The position numbers and the translations under genes were made by a program. Below are positions 19,216-29,748 of a stretch of 64,000 nucleotides of DNA, piece after piece (the first letter of the stretch is position 1; every line of letters starts with the position of its first letter). The DNA is from Candidatus Omnitrophota bacterium (GTDB taxonomy: Bacteria; Omnitrophota; Gorgyraeia; Gygaellales; Profunditerraquicolaceae). The stretch covers positions 17,590 to 81,589 of the forward strand of contig JAKLGJ010000002.1 of assembly GCA_022710715.1 (NCBI GenBank), in the 5' to 3' direction. The notes under the pieces were generated by a model. It saw only the letters and a list, made by a program, of their open reading frames with translations, had not been told where the DNA came from and did no database searches.

Positions 19216-19965
19216 TTAATATTTATAGTAATTTGCCGGGATCACCTGTGAAACATACCGGACCGCTTCGATGATACATATGCGTATCGCTTTCTCCATC
19301 GGAGTATTGGCATACATGGTCAATCCCCCGCCCAGCGCCCAGCCGCCGAAAAAACCGGCCATGAACCCGCCGGCGACATCCGACGCCTGGCCCTGCACCC
19401 GCGTCGCAGCCAGCACTTCGGAGGTAGAAGTATCGATCACGCGAATATCCAGGGCCATGTGCGCTTTATTCATGGTCGCCCCCAACAATCCGCCCAGGAT
19501 CCCGCTCCCCACCCCGCCGCCTCCGCCGATACCCGCGGAGCCGCCGGAAGCCTGGGGCTCAAATTCCGTCACTGCAGCGGTAACGATGATATCGGCGGTC
19601 TTGATCTGCCCGCGCTGCGCTCCGCCATTTCCCTGTTGCGCTGCGCCGGAAGCCGCCAATTCCTGCTCCTGCATCACCGCGTTCAGGACCTGACGTTCAA
19701 CCACGCGGAAACGGCTGCTATTAACCAGGGCGGTAACCAGCATCTCGCGCAGACCGCTGCCGATCTCTCCGGACGCCTTGGCCGCCTTGACGTCAAAATC
19801 CGCCACTGCAATGCGCGCCTTGGGCCCCTGATAAGGCGGTAACGGAGCGGCGCCGGCATTATTATCCACATGCGCCGTAGGTTGCGTTATTTTCTCTATG
19901 GTCTCACAGCCGACAACACTGGAGATCAATGTCGCAATCAATAGTGCTGCGAGAGCGCTTTTCAT
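19216..19965 (-). CDS. CsgG-like lipoprotein (curli production assembly/transport component family).
   Basis: From MKSALAALLIATLISSVVGC, a lipobox. RIAVADFDV, GLREMLVTAL and the Gly-rich GGSAGIGGGGGVGSGILGG match CsgG/TolB-like secretion-channel lipoproteins. Confidence 0.7.
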   Translation of the reverse strand: MKSALAALLIATLISSVVGCETIEKITQPTAHVDNNAGAAPLPPYQGPKARIAVADFDVKAAKASGEIGSGLREMLVTALVNSSRFRVVERQVLNAVMQEQELAASGAAQQGNGGAQRGQIKTADIIVTAAVTEFEPQASGGSAGIGGGGGVGSGILGGLLGATMNKAHMALDIRVIDTSTSEVLAATRVQGQASDVAGGFMAGFFGGWALGGGLTMYANTPMEKAIRICIIEAVRYVSQVIPANYYKY

Positions 19966-19966
19966 T

Positions 19967-20587
19967 TTACTGTCCTCCTGCGGCCGGAAAATCTTTACGC
20001 AACGCTTCAATGATTTTCGGGGCCAGATTCGCTGCGGCAGCCACCAGGGCTTCCTTGCCTCCGGTAATCACATCCATATGCGCGGAATTCCCGGCTGCAT
20101 CCAGGTAGGTAAGGATTGTACCGCTTTTTACCCGGAACAGCTTGACCGTGACATTGGCGAAACAGGAACGCATGCTGGATTGGGGAACCCTGCCGCCGGC
20201 CGAAGCCACGGCTTTTCCCTGCAGCACATAATCCGCCCGGGAAACCTGTGCCAGCTTAAGAGAATCTTTCTCATTGAGCTCGACCAGACGAAACGCCTTA
20301 TCCTGCTTCAAAGCATCGGTAATCTGTGAAGGGTCGATAACTTCAAATCCCGCTTCGATCAGCTTCCGGGCGATCGCGGCTTCGGTAGCCGAGAGATTGA
20401 TCTCGCTGGCCCACCAGGCCGCTTGCGGCCCTTCGATATTCTGCTCGGAGATCAACAACATGATCTTCGGCTGCCCATGCGGCACAGCCGAAGAACCCGC
20501 GTCCTGGGCACACGCGACCGCTGTCAACGCCAGTAAACATCCCACCGCGATACCGATTATCTTTCTCATTCCGTTACCTCCTGTCAA
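19967..20587 (-). CDS. Lipoprotein of unknown function, partner of the CsgG-like gene.
   Basis: Signal peptide with lipobox LTAVAC; about 185 aa mature. It is separated from the CsgG-like start by 1 nt, so the two are co-transcribed. Could belong to the DUF799/DUF4810-type partners of CsgG homologs, but I cannot verify this. Confidence 0.45.
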   Translation of the reverse strand: MTGGNGMRKIIGIAVGCLLALTAVACAQDAGSSAVPHGQPKIMLLISEQNIEGPQAAWWASEINLSATEAAIARKLIEAGFEVIDPSQITDALKQDKAFRLVELNEKDSLKLAQVSRADYVLQGKAVASAGGRVPQSSMRSCFANVTVKLFRVKSGTILTYLDAAGNSAHMDVITGGKEALVAAAANLAPKIIEALRKDFPAAGGQ

Positions 20588-21243
20588 ACGCTACAATCTT
20601 TTAACAACGCTCCCAATTGGGTCACGCGGGAAATGATGCGCCAGGGTTTTTCTTTCGCCAGCTCCTGTCTGGTGCTGGAACCGGTTGTGACCATAACCGT
20701 GATCACGCCGGCGGCCGTGCCGGTTTGCGCGTCAATGAACATGTCTCCCACAAATACGGTTTCCTGCGGCCGGACCCGGAGACGGCGCATAATCGTCGTC
20801 AGTATCTGCGGATGCGGCTTGATATGTTTAAGCTTATCGCCGCAGAGAACGACCGAGAAGAACGGCCTGATGCCCAGATGCCGGATCAGAATATGAGAAA
20901 AACGCGTCGGCCGGTTCGTTGCCACGGCAAGACGCAACCCTTTCTTGCGTAAGCGCGCCAGCAGGCGCTTAACCCCGGGGAAAAGCCTGCTCTTGCGCAC
21001 CAGGCTTACGGCGTGATGGCGGCGATAGCTCTCCAGCATCGCATCCAGATCGCGCTCTCGTACGAACGGCTTGAGTAAATTCCGGTCTCCCCATCCTACG
21101 GCGCGACGAATAACCCCGGCTTGCTGCGGCGGATAACCGAAACTGCGCATGGTAACATTGAAACTATGCGTGATCGCGTTATACGCGTTGACCAGCGTAC
21201 CATCCAGATCGAAAATGATCAGCTTAATCTTCTTGGGCTGCAT
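20584..21243 (-). CDS. HAD superfamily hydrolase (phosphoglycolate phosphatase-like).
   Basis: From the ATG at 21243: MQPKKIKLIIFDLDGTL (motif I DxDGT), then VATNRP and the GDMFIDAQTG motif IV. Confidence 0.75.
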   Translation of the reverse strand: MQPKKIKLIIFDLDGTLVNAYNAITHSFNVTMRSFGYPPQQAGVIRRAVGWGDRNLLKPFVRERDLDAMLESYRRHHAVSLVRKSRLFPGVKRLLARLRKKGLRLAVATNRPTRFSHILIRHLGIRPFFSVVLCGDKLKHIKPHPQILTTIMRRLRVRPQETVFVGDMFIDAQTGTAAGVITVMVTTGSSTRQELAKEKPWRIISRVTQLGALLKDCSV

Positions 21244-21310
21244 AGGCGCATAGAATAAGGGGGGCAGGAAATGTATCCCTGCCCCGCGATCTGCTCGTGC
21301 TGCGACGGCC

Positions 21311-21772
21311 CTACTCTTTCTTCTCCGTTGCCGGAGAAGGCGCCGGGGCGGAAACAACCGGCGCTTCCAGGTTCATATCCTCGCCGATATCCTCTATTCT
21401 CTCGTAGGTGATCATCAGCGCTTTATTCTTGCCATCCTGACCAACCGTATAATCCACGCTGATAGTATCCTGTGCTTTCAAATCGCTGAAACCGTTAATG
21501 CCGGAAAACTTCGTTTTCTCGTCGGCTTTCAAGTTGATTTCTTTCTCGGTGTCGGTTTCATAATCAAGGTACCTGACCACCACCGACTGTCCGGCGGCAT
21601 CGATAGAGATCACTTCTCCCCAAACCCATTCAAGAGGAACGGGTTCCTGCGCGGCGGCAGGCACCGCGGGAACCGGGGCGGCAACAGCCGGGGCCTTATC
21701 TTGCGCCCATCCCTGTTCAGCCAGCAGTAAACCTCCGATCACCATCAACGCGATCATCACTCTTTTATCCAT
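21311..21772 (-). CDS. Secreted hypothetical protein.
   Basis: The N-terminal signal peptide MDKRVMIALMVIGGLLLAEQGWA is followed by a Pro/Ala-rich segment. No recognisable domain. Confidence 0.35.
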   Translation of the reverse strand: MDKRVMIALMVIGGLLLAEQGWAQDKAPAVAAPVPAVPAAAQEPVPLEWVWGEVISIDAAGQSVVVRYLDYETDTEKEINLKADEKTKFSGINGFSDLKAQDTISVDYTVGQDGKNKALMITYERIEDIGEDMNLEAPVVSAPAPSPATEKKE

Positions 21773-21801
21773 TGCCGCCTCCTGAATTATAGACATCCCT
21801 G

Positions 21802-22377
21802 TCAGAAAAGTTCATCGACACGCCTGCGTATTTTCGCATATATCAACGCGACAACCCAGGCTTTGATCATATCTCCGGCTATAAAAGGCGCGAAACCCAT
21901 GCCCGCACCCTGCAACCAGGAAACGCCGGTGCTCATCTTCAACCACGCCGTCCCGGAAAGAAGGATCAATGCATCCGCCAGACAGATGCTGAAGAAAATT
22001 CCCATTAAACCCGCCTGTCGTCTGCGTACCAGTGTGCCGGCGACTGCCGCGGCAATGACGAAACCCAGCATATAGCCGCCTGTCGGGCCAACCAGATACA
22101 ACCACCCGCTGCCGGCAGCGCTGAATACCGGTAAACCAGCAACGCCCAGGAGAATATATCCTGCCTGCGCAACAGAACCAAACCTGCCGCCCAAACACAA
22201 TCCGGCCAGCAAGACCACCGCAGTCTGCAGGGTGACCGGAACCGGACTGAACGGCACCGGAATGCGCACAAACCCGGCTAGACTGGTTAAGATGATGAAA
22301 ACAAAAACCCCCGCTACTCTGCTGGCGACTTTACCTATACAGTATTGCTGATGCAGAAATGCTGCTTTCACGCGCAT
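21802..22377 (-). CDS. bioY: Biotin transporter BioY.
   Basis: About 190 aa membrane protein with a BioY-like layout (TLQTAVVLLAG...GGYMLGF...IKAWVVALI). The start is uncertain; ATG 22377, GTG 22371 and ATG 22416 are all possible. Confidence 0.65.
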   Translation of the reverse strand: MRVKAAFLHQQYCIGKVASRVAGVFVFIILTSLAGFVRIPVPFSPVPVTLQTAVVLLAGLCLGGRFGSVAQAGYILLGVAGLPVFSAAGSGWLYLVGPTGGYMLGFVIAAAVAGTLVRRRQAGLMGIFFSICLADALILLSGTAWLKMSTGVSWLQGAGMGFAPFIAGDMIKAWVVALIYAKIRRRVDELF

Positions 22378-22471
22378 CCCTCCTGTGACTCTCCTGTTTA
22401 TCATCGAATTATTCAATTATTATACTGTGAGATTATAAGAAAGTAAAGCCCCAATTACCTCTGCCGGACGG

Positions 22472-22513
22472 CGGTTAAAAAAGAGGGCTACCGGCTGCAC
22501 CAGCCGGTAACCC
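22472..22513 (-). terminator. Probable rho-independent terminator after the small membrane-protein gene.
   Basis: Stem ACCGGCTG-cac-CAGCCGGT, extendable to GGGCTA/TAACCC. The minus strand then reads CTCTTTTTTAACCG. Confidence 0.5.
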
Positions 22514-22542
22514 TCCCCTGGAATTGGCTCCGCTATGAAGAG

Positions 22543-22755
22543 CTAGTCCTTGGCAATCGCCAGAGTGATCAACCCGGCCAGGATACAGAACCAGCCGATC
22601 GTGCCCTTGAGAACAGTCATAAAATGATGCCAGCCTCTATGCACTGCCCAGGCACCAAAAACCAGAAAAGCAATACCCAGCGCGAATTTGAATATCGTCG
22701 CCAGTGTTTTCCCCACATCGCTTTTCTTTTCCTGCTGTTTGACTTCTTCTGCCAT
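22543..22755 (-). CDS. Small membrane protein (about 70 aa, 2 TM helices).
   Basis: MAEEVKQQEKKSDVGKTLATIFKFALGIAFLVFGAWAVHRGWHHFMTVLKGTIGWFCILAGLITLAIAKD. No recognised family. Confidence 0.35.
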   Translation of the reverse strand: MAEEVKQQEKKSDVGKTLATIFKFALGIAFLVFGAWAVHRGWHHFMTVLKGTIGWFCILAGLITLAIAKD

Positions 22756-22794
22756 AACTCTCCTCCTTTGTTCACCAGTGCTACACATAGTACG

Positions 22795-23718
22795 TTATGC
22801 TGAAGCCGCCGGTTTCATCTTAGCTTTCCAGCGGCGATGAATCCAACCCCACTCGCCGGGATACTTGCGGATATAGGTTTCAATAATAGCGGTCAAACGT
22901 TGAATATTGACGGCTATCGTCGCTTCTTCGGTAGGGGCCTGCTGCAATTTGAACGGCGGTTCGAAAACAATAGTGTGCCGGTTATGATTATCCCGGATAA
23001 TGAAACACGGGACGATCACTGCTCCCGTACGCTGCGCCAGCACTACCGGACCTGTCGCCGTAGCGGCCTTGCGGCCGAAGAAATCGACGAATACTCCGGC
23101 AGTCCCGAAATTCTGGTCCAGGGGGATAAAAACCATTTCCTGCTCCCGCAAAGAACGGATAATGGCAGGCACGCATCTGCTGCGCGGAATGGTGTTGATC
23201 GCCCGGATATTATACCGTTTGACTTCCGCCGCGAAGAATTGCTCCACCCGCTCTTCTTTCATCGGACGCATCACCACTGCCGTTTTATAGCCGTCCAGGC
23301 TCAACCGCGGCAGCAGAAACGGGAAGTTGCCGAAATGAGCGCTGACCAGAATAATGCCTTTCTTGCTTTGCATGGCCTGCTTGAGATACTCTACCCGCTC
23401 CAGGCGGATCCAATTCTTCATAAAAGCTTCGGATTTGCCGATGCAATAGAGCATTTCCACTCCGGATGTGGCCATGGAAATAAAACTTTTGCGGGCAATT
23501 CTTTTCAGGTCCCGGACATTGCCGCCCAGAGCATGCCGCAGATTATCCAGGGCCACCCAGCGATGCTTGGCGTCTGTCAGATACCACACCCATCCCAGAA
23601 AGCGGGAAAACACATATACTCCCCGAAATGGCAGGCAATGCACTATCCAGGAACTGACTACTACCAGCCACCACGCTAACGTATATTCAAAATTACGGCG
23701 AAAACTTTTAAACTCCAT
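22795..23718 (-). CDS. Lysophospholipid/lipid A acyltransferase (LpxL/HtrB family).
   Basis: 307 aa with an N-terminal TM anchor. The acyltransferase HX4D-like region SAHFGNF and the PLDQN motif match Kdo2-lipid IVA lauroyl/myristoyl acyltransferases. Confidence 0.7.
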   Translation of the reverse strand: MEFKSFRRNFEYTLAWWLVVVSSWIVHCLPFRGVYVFSRFLGWVWYLTDAKHRWVALDNLRHALGGNVRDLKRIARKSFISMATSGVEMLYCIGKSEAFMKNWIRLERVEYLKQAMQSKKGIILVSAHFGNFPFLLPRLSLDGYKTAVVMRPMKEERVEQFFAAEVKRYNIRAINTIPRSRCVPAIIRSLREQEMVFIPLDQNFGTAGVFVDFFGRKAATATGPVVLAQRTGAVIVPCFIIRDNHNRHTIVFEPPFKLQQAPTEEATIAVNIQRLTAIIETYIRKYPGEWGWIHRRWKAKMKPAASA

Positions 23719-23754
23719 AGTATTCTAACAAATAGGCCTCAAAAGCCGGGGCTG

Positions 23755-24258
23755 TTATAATTTATATCCGACGGTCCGCAAGAAGTCCTGTCGCCACTTG
23801 ATATCTGCATTGTTTTCAATACCTTGCGGCTTCAAGCCATCAATGACGCCCATAATCCCCCGTCCGCTGTCGGTCTCTGCGACCACGACTTCCAGGGGGT
23901 TAGCCGAAGCGCAGTAGATTGAACACACTTCCGGAACGGCTTTAATGGCGTTGAGAACATTGAGGGGGTAAGCATTACGCAGGAAAACCATAAAACAGTG
24001 CCCGGCGCCGACTGCAAGGGCATTTTCTGCAGCTAATTGCTTCATTTCCGGATCTGTCCCTTCTACGCGAACCTTACAGGCCCCGGAAGATTCCACGAAA
24101 GCCAACCCGAACTTAATACCCGGTACAGCGCCTGCCAACGCCTCGAACATATCTTCCACGGTCTTAATGAAGTGGCTCTGTCCGATAATGACATTGATAT
24201 CATCGGGTTTCTTGATCTTTACCGCTTTGAATTCCAGCACTGCGTCCTCCTTGAGCAA
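23755..24258 (-). CDS. Small conserved protein, possibly of the adenosine-specific kinase family.
   Basis: The family assignment is from memory of PF04008-like proteins (GQSHFIKTVEDMFEAL...) and should be checked. Confidence 0.35.
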   Translation of the reverse strand: MLKEDAVLEFKAVKIKKPDDINVIIGQSHFIKTVEDMFEALAGAVPGIKFGLAFVESSGACKVRVEGTDPEMKQLAAENALAVGAGHCFMVFLRNAYPLNVLNAIKAVPEVCSIYCASANPLEVVVAETDSGRGIMGVIDGLKPQGIENNADIKWRQDFLRTVGYKL

Positions 24259-24354
24259 AGCGTGTTTATTATATCACATAAGGCTATATTTTTCAAATCC
24301 TTTCGCCCCGGAAAAAATGATTGAATCCGGCGGTTAAAGCGCTATAATAAGCGC

Positions 24355-25242
24355 ATGGAAAAAAACGAAAATCCTGCGCAGCATTACGCACGGATCCGCA
24401 CTGTCCTGCTGGTTATACTTGGCCTGAACTGGGCAGTAGCCCTGGCCAAGATAGTCTTCGGCCTGGTGACTCGAAGCAGCAGTATGACCGCCGACGGATT
24501 CCACTCCCTTGCCGATGGAGCCTCCAATATCCTGGGTTTGATCGGTATTCATCTGGCGGCTCAACCCAAAGATAAAGACCATCCCTACGGCCACAAGAAG
24601 TATGAAACCCTTTTTGCGCTGACCATCGCAGCTTTGTTGTTTTTTGTCAGCTACAACCTGATTCAGGCAAGCATCGGGCGTTTCCGTCACCCGGTCATCC
24701 CGGAAGTTACCCTGATGAGCTTTATCATTATGCTCGGCACCATGGGGGTGAACTGGCTGGTGATGCACTATGAATATTCCGCGGGGAAACGAATGCGCAG
24801 CGATATTCTGGTCTCCGATTCTTTGCATACGAAAGCCGACCTGCTTACGTCTTTTTCCGTACTGGTCTCCCTGGTAGTGATCAAACTGGGATTCCCGATC
24901 ATCGACCCGATTATCTCCCTGTTGATCTCTTTATTTATCGCTTACGCCGGATGGGATATCTTCAAACACAGTTCCAGCGTCCTGTGCGACACCGCCGCCA
25001 TCCTTGATGAGAAAGCCATCACTGATATCGTGCTGCGTGTGGACGGGGTTCTTTCCTGCCATAACATCCGCAGCCGGGGCAGAGAAGACGATATCTATAT
25101 CGACCTGCATGTTCTGGTCGATCCGAGAATGCAGATGGATCAGGCCCACCGGATAAGCGACGCTATCGAAGAGGCGCTGCAGAAAGGGATCGCCGGAGTC
25201 AGCGACGTGGTGGTGCATATGGAGCCTAAAGAGCAGCGGTAA
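24355..25242 (+). CDS. Cation diffusion facilitator (CDF) family metal efflux transporter.
   Basis: 295 aa. Six TM helices with HSLADG and HTKADLLTS metal-binding motifs, plus a C-terminal cytoplasmic domain. It is one of only two plus-strand protein genes. Confidence 0.85.
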   Translation: MEKNENPAQHYARIRTVLLVILGLNWAVALAKIVFGLVTRSSSMTADGFHSLADGASNILGLIGIHLAAQPKDKDHPYGHKKYETLFALTIAALLFFVSYNLIQASIGRFRHPVIPEVTLMSFIIMLGTMGVNWLVMHYEYSAGKRMRSDILVSDSLHTKADLLTSFSVLVSLVVIKLGFPIIDPIISLLISLFIAYAGWDIFKHSSSVLCDTAAILDEKAITDIVLRVDGVLSCHNIRSRGREDDIYIDLHVLVDPRMQMDQAHRISDAIEEALQKGIAGVSDVVVHMEPKEQR

Positions 25243-26821
25243 CCCGCCTTGACCGCACGCGTGCAATTATCCCGCCCAGCCCGATCAACGCCAGACAGAA
25301 CGCCGGAAAAACATCCCCGTAACGGGAATAGAAACTCATCTCGCCCTGCGTCAGAACGATCTCTCTGGAGCGCGTCCCCTGCACAAAAATCTGCCGGCCG
25401 TCCTTGTCTTGTACCAGAGAAGCGGTTCTTCCGCGGGAGTCGATGAATCCGGATATGCCGGTATTGGCGGCGCGAATGACGCAAACGCGGTTCTCCACCG
25501 CCCGGAACACCGACGCCTGCAGATGCTGGAATGAAGCGGCGGTGCGCTGATACCAGGCATCATTGGTGATATTCACCAGGAACTGCGCGCCTTTACGCAC
25601 GAACGCGCGGGCACTATCGGGAAATACGTCTTCAAAACAGATCAGCACGCCGAAACGGGCAACCCGGCGTTGCGTATCCCGCCGCAAGGGCAACTCAAAG
25701 ATCGTATAGTCTGTCCCTCTGCTGACTTCGCCGATCGGCACGATGGTTTCCAGGAACGGCAGGACCCGGCGCAAAGGGATATATTCCCCGAACGGGACCA
25801 GATGCACCTTGTGATATTCCTGAAAAAGCCTGTCCGGGGAACGCAGCAAAATCGCGCTGTTATAATACTGCGGGTCCTGAAAAGTAACTGCGCCCAGCAA
25901 TAAGCCGGCGTCGGTGGTTTTCAGGAATTCGGCAATGCGCGCGGCATATGCCGGCTCTTCCTCGAGGATCACCGGCAACGCAGCTTCCGGCCAGGCCACG
26001 AGATCGGGGGCGTCCGACAACGACTCGGCAGAAAGACGCAGATACGTATCCATAATGTAGGTCCGGGCCTGCTCCTGCCACTTCAACTCCTGGGGGATGT
26101 TGCCCTGTACTACGGCTACGCGTATCCGCGGCGCGTCCGCTGCCGCAGGCACGGGACGCAGTTTCCAGAAACCATATCCCAGAACGCCCGCCCACACACA
26201 AACCATCATCGCGATCAGACCGCGCGTAGTTTTGTGCGGCAGACCGGTCCCGGGACCACCGGGTTTCAATCGCGTCAACGCTTCCTGCAGGCAGATATTG
26301 GTCCACATGACCAGGAAAGAAACGCCCCAGGCGCCGGTGATATCCGCGAACTGAATCACGGCCGGGTTCCGATACTGGCTATAGCCGACCAGCGCCCAGC
26401 CGAATCCGGTGAACAACCAGTTACGCAGGTACTCCAGCGCCACCCAGACTGCCGGGACAAAAAGCAACCTGAACGCCCCCAGGCGGCGAGTCCAGGGACG
26501 CGATGCCGCCAGGCCGAATACCGCGAAATATAAAGCCAGGTACGCGCACAGAACAAGCGTGCCCGGGCCGGTAACGTGCACCAGCCAGTAGATGCTCGCC
26601 AGCCAGTAGACCACGCCGCAACAATAGGCCAGTGCGAATGCCCGCGCCGGACGTCGTCCTTCCAGCGCCCGCAAGAGCGGAATAAAAGCGAACCAGACCA
26701 ACCATGCCAGATTCCATCCGGGAAAAGAAAGCGTCAGCAGACACGCCGACCCGACGCTCCAGGTGAAGGGCGAGCGGAGGAAACGCTCAACGACAGAATA
26801 CGTTCTTATTGTCCGCAGCAT
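25226..26821 (-). CDS. lnt: Apolipoprotein N-acyltransferase.
   Basis: 531 aa with N-terminal polytopic TM helices and a C-terminal nitrilase-like CN hydrolase domain ([14 protein letters not shown]...ICFEDVFP...). Confidence 0.85.
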   Translation of the reverse strand: MLRTIRTYSVVERFLRSPFTWSVGSACLLTLSFPGWNLAWLVWFAFIPLLRALEGRRPARAFALAYCCGVVYWLASIYWLVHVTGPGTLVLCAYLALYFAVFGLAASRPWTRRLGAFRLLFVPAVWVALEYLRNWLFTGFGWALVGYSQYRNPAVIQFADITGAWGVSFLVMWTNICLQEALTRLKPGGPGTGLPHKTTRGLIAMMVCVWAGVLGYGFWKLRPVPAAADAPRIRVAVVQGNIPQELKWQEQARTYIMDTYLRLSAESLSDAPDLVAWPEAALPVILEEEPAYAARIAEFLKTTDAGLLLGAVTFQDPQYYNSAILLRSPDRLFQEYHKVHLVPFGEYIPLRRVLPFLETIVPIGEVSRGTDYTIFELPLRRDTQRRVARFGVLICFEDVFPDSARAFVRKGAQFLVNITNDAWYQRTAASFQHLQASVFRAVENRVCVIRAANTGISGFIDSRGRTASLVQDKDGRQIFVQGTRSREIVLTQGEMSFYSRYGDVFPAFCLALIGLGGIIARVRSRRVTAAL

Positions 26822-29748
26822 TTTTTGTATTTCTTGCCCGAACCGCAGGGGCAGGGATCGTTGCGGCCGACTTTCGGCTGCTGATTTTTCACTGCAGAAG
26901 CGGCTGGCTGCTGGGAGGGGGCCGCAGGCGCCTGCGCCGCAGCAGGCGCAGGGGCGTCAAATGTTTTGGTTTCAGGATGGACGAACGTCTGGGAGCGGGA
27001 GCTGAAAACCTGCTTGACCCGTTCAGGCCGCGACGGCTGCAGCCGCAAGAGCATTTCCACCGCTTCCTCTTCGATGCTTTCGATCATCTGGCTGAAATAA
27101 TTGAACGCTTCGTTTTTATATTCTATCAGCGGATCGCGATGGCCGTACGCGCGCAGACCGATCCCTTCACGCAACTTATCCATGGCGTAGAGATGGTCCT
27201 TCCATTTGGTGTCGATAACCTGCAGGAAAACCATGTACTCAATGGACCGCATCTGGTCTGCTCCGATGGTCTTTTCTTTCGCCTCGTAGTCGGCGACAAC
27301 CCGCTGGTAAAGGGCTTCGCATACAGACGTCTTATCTTTGCCGGCCAGGAACGCTTCGTCCGCGGCGATGCCGAAACGGACATGTACCGACTGCAGACAC
27401 TCCGACACCTGTTCGGGCGCAAGCTGCCCGGCGTTCTCTTTGTAATACGCGCCGATAGTATCCTCGACCTTGCGCTCCATGATCGAGGTAATACTTTCTT
27501 TCAAGGACACCCCTTCGAGGATATCCCGACGCTGGCGATAAATGATCTCCCGCTGTTTATTCATCACGTTATCGTATTCCAAAAGCTGCTTTCTGATCTC
27601 GAAATTATGATGCTCCACCCGGCTCTGGGCGGTTTCGATGGATTTGGAAACCATCCGGGCCAGATGCCCTTCCTTGGCGGTGATCGGTTCGCCGCCGGTA
27701 TCCACTGATTCAAGCATGCGCAGCATCCAATCCGGAGCGAACAATCGCATCAGGTCGTCTTCGAACGAAACATAAAAACGGGAAACGCCGGGGTCCCCCT
27801 GGCGGGCGCAGCGGCCGCGCAGCTGGTTGTCGATGCGCCGGGCTTCGTGACGCTCGGTACCCATGACATACAGCCCGCCTGCAGCAACCACTTTATCATG
27901 CTCCAGGGCGGTTTCTTTGCGGTAAGACTCGAGCATCTTCCTGAATTCATCGGCGTACTGCGAGTCGGCGGGATCGAATTTTTGTCTGACCAGGGCCCTG
28001 GCCATATATTCCGGATTGCCCCCGAGCAGAATATCCGTCCCGCGGCCGGCCATATTGGTGGCAATGGTCACGCCCTTGAACCGTCCGGCCTGGGCCACGA
28101 TCTGCGCTTCCATTTCGTGATATTTGGCATTGAGCACCTGATGCGGGATGCCGCGGCGCTTGAGCAATTCCGCGAGCAGTTCCGATTTTTCGATAGAGAT
28201 AGTCCCCACCAGCACCGGCTGCCCGCGCTGATGACACGCTTCGATCTCGGCGACCGCAGCCTGGAATTTTTCCTTCTCGGTCTTATAGACGCTGTCGGGA
28301 TTATTCACCCTGACCAGCGGCCGGTTGGTAGGCATGCTCACCACATCCAGCTTATAGATGGCCTTGAATTCATTGGCTTCGGTATACGCGGTCCCGGTCA
28401 TACCCGCCAGCTTCTCGTACATGCGGAAATAATTCTGGAAAGTGATCGTCGCCAGAGTCTGGTTCTCCTGCTCTATCTTCATGCCTTCCTTGGCTTCTAC
28501 CGCCTGATGCAGGCCATCCGACCAGCGCCGGCCGGGCATGAGCCTGCCGGTGAATTCATCGACGATGATCACCTGACCGTCTTTAACGATATACTCGCGG
28601 TCGAGTTTGAAAAACTCTTTGGCCCGCAGGGCCTGCTGGGTGTGATGTTTGAGCTCCATCGTCTCCAGGCTGTGCAGCTCGGCGACCCCCCAGGCGCGGG
28701 CAGCCTTGACTTCGCCTTCTTCGGTCAGAGCTATGGTATGGGCTTTCTCATCCGCGACATAATCGAATCCCCGGGACAGATCCTCGCCCCGGTGTTTGGC
28801 GTCGATCTCGTCGTTCTCGGTGATCCGCCTGCCACGCAGCCCGTCTGCAATGCGCTTGGCGGCATAATATTTATCGGTTGATTCCTCGGACGCGCCGGAG
28901 ATGATCAAAGGGGTGCGCGCTTCGTCGATCAGGATAGAATCGACTTCGTCGACGATGGCGTAGAAAAATTCTCGCTGCACCAGATCGTCCAGGGAATATT
29001 TCATATTGTCGCGCAGGTAATCGAAGCCGAATTCGTTATTGGTGCCGTAGGTGATATCGCAGCCGTAGGCGATTTTTCGCTGGTCGTCGGAAAGCTCGTG
29101 CTGAATGACCCCGACCGTCAGGCCGAGGAACTGATAGATCGGCCCCATCCATTCGCTGTCGCGGCGGGCGAGGTAATCATTGACCGTAACGATGTGCACG
29201 CCCTTGCCGTAGAGGGCATTGAGGTATGCGGGCAAGGTCGCCACCAGGGTTTTGCCTTCACCGGTCGCCATCTCCGCGATCCTGCCTTCGTGCAGAACGA
29301 TCCCGCCGGCGATCTGCACGTCGAAATGCCGCAAGCCTATGGTGCGCCGCGACGCCTCCCTGACCACGGCAAAAGCCTCGGGCAGGATGTCGGCAAAAAT
29401 GGTATTGCGCAGGAGTTTGATACGCTCCTTGACCTTATCTTTCTCTTCCTGGATGGTGATGGAGAACAGCGTTTCCTGCAGATCGCGGATAGCCGGATCG
29501 ATCGAACGGACTTTCTCGGCGATATGCGCCCGGAAGACGTCGCTCTTGGCGCGCAGCTGCTCGTCGGAGAGGGCGGCTATTGCCGGCTCCAGTCGATTCA
29601 CCTCATGCACGCGTTTCGCCAGACCGGGCATACTGCCGATCGCGGACATCGGCATTTCTTTGTTCAAATTCATGTTCACGCCCGGATACAGGCGTTTGAT
29701 CGTCTTCTGCTTGCTGGCCAGCACCGAACGTTTAATAAATCCCATCAT
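26806..29748 (-). CDS. secA: Preprotein translocase ATPase SecA.
   Basis: 980 aa with DEAD-like motor motifs ([42 protein letters not shown]) and a C-terminal zinc finger [14 protein letters not shown]. Confidence 0.9.
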   Translation of the reverse strand: MMGFIKRSVLASKQKTIKRLYPGVNMNLNKEMPMSAIGSMPGLAKRVHEVNRLEPAIAALSDEQLRAKSDVFRAHIAEKVRSIDPAIRDLQETLFSITIQEEKDKVKERIKLLRNTIFADILPEAFAVVREASRRTIGLRHFDVQIAGGIVLHEGRIAEMATGEGKTLVATLPAYLNALYGKGVHIVTVNDYLARRDSEWMGPIYQFLGLTVGVIQHELSDDQRKIAYGCDITYGTNNEFGFDYLRDNMKYSLDDLVQREFFYAIVDEVDSILIDEARTPLIISGASEESTDKYYAAKRIADGLRGRRITENDEIDAKHRGEDLSRGFDYVADEKAHTIALTEEGEVKAARAWGVAELHSLETMELKHHTQQALRAKEFFKLDREYIVKDGQVIIVDEFTGRLMPGRRWSDGLHQAVEAKEGMKIEQENQTLATITFQNYFRMYEKLAGMTGTAYTEANEFKAIYKLDVVSMPTNRPLVRVNNPDSVYKTEKEKFQAAVAEIEACHQRGQPVLVGTISIEKSELLAELLKRRGIPHQVLNAKYHEMEAQIVAQAGRFKGVTIATNMAGRGTDILLGGNPEYMARALVRQKFDPADSQYADEFRKMLESYRKETALEHDKVVAAGGLYVMGTERHEARRIDNQLRGRCARQGDPGVSRFYVSFEDDLMRLFAPDWMLRMLESVDTGGEPITAKEGHLARMVSKSIETAQSRVEHHNFEIRKQLLEYDNVMNKQREIIYRQRRDILEGVSLKESITSIMERKVEDTIGAYYKENAGQLAPEQVSECLQSVHVRFGIAADEAFLAGKDKTSVCEALYQRVVADYEAKEKTIGADQMRSIEYMVFLQVIDTKWKDHLYAMDKLREGIGLRAYGHRDPLIEYKNEAFNYFSQMIESIEEEAVEMLLRLQPSRPERVKQVFSSRSQTFVHPETKTFDAPAPAAAQAPAAPSQQPAASAVKNQQPKVGRNDPCPCGSGKKYKKCCGQ

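Noticed and set aside
24325-24350. GCGCTATAATAAGCGC near-palindrome containing TATAAT, 7 nt upstream of the CDF ATG.
   Set aside because: It could be a -10 element of a leaderless transcript or a regulator site. The spacing to the ATG is too short for a standard promoter plus RBS, so it is not called with confidence.
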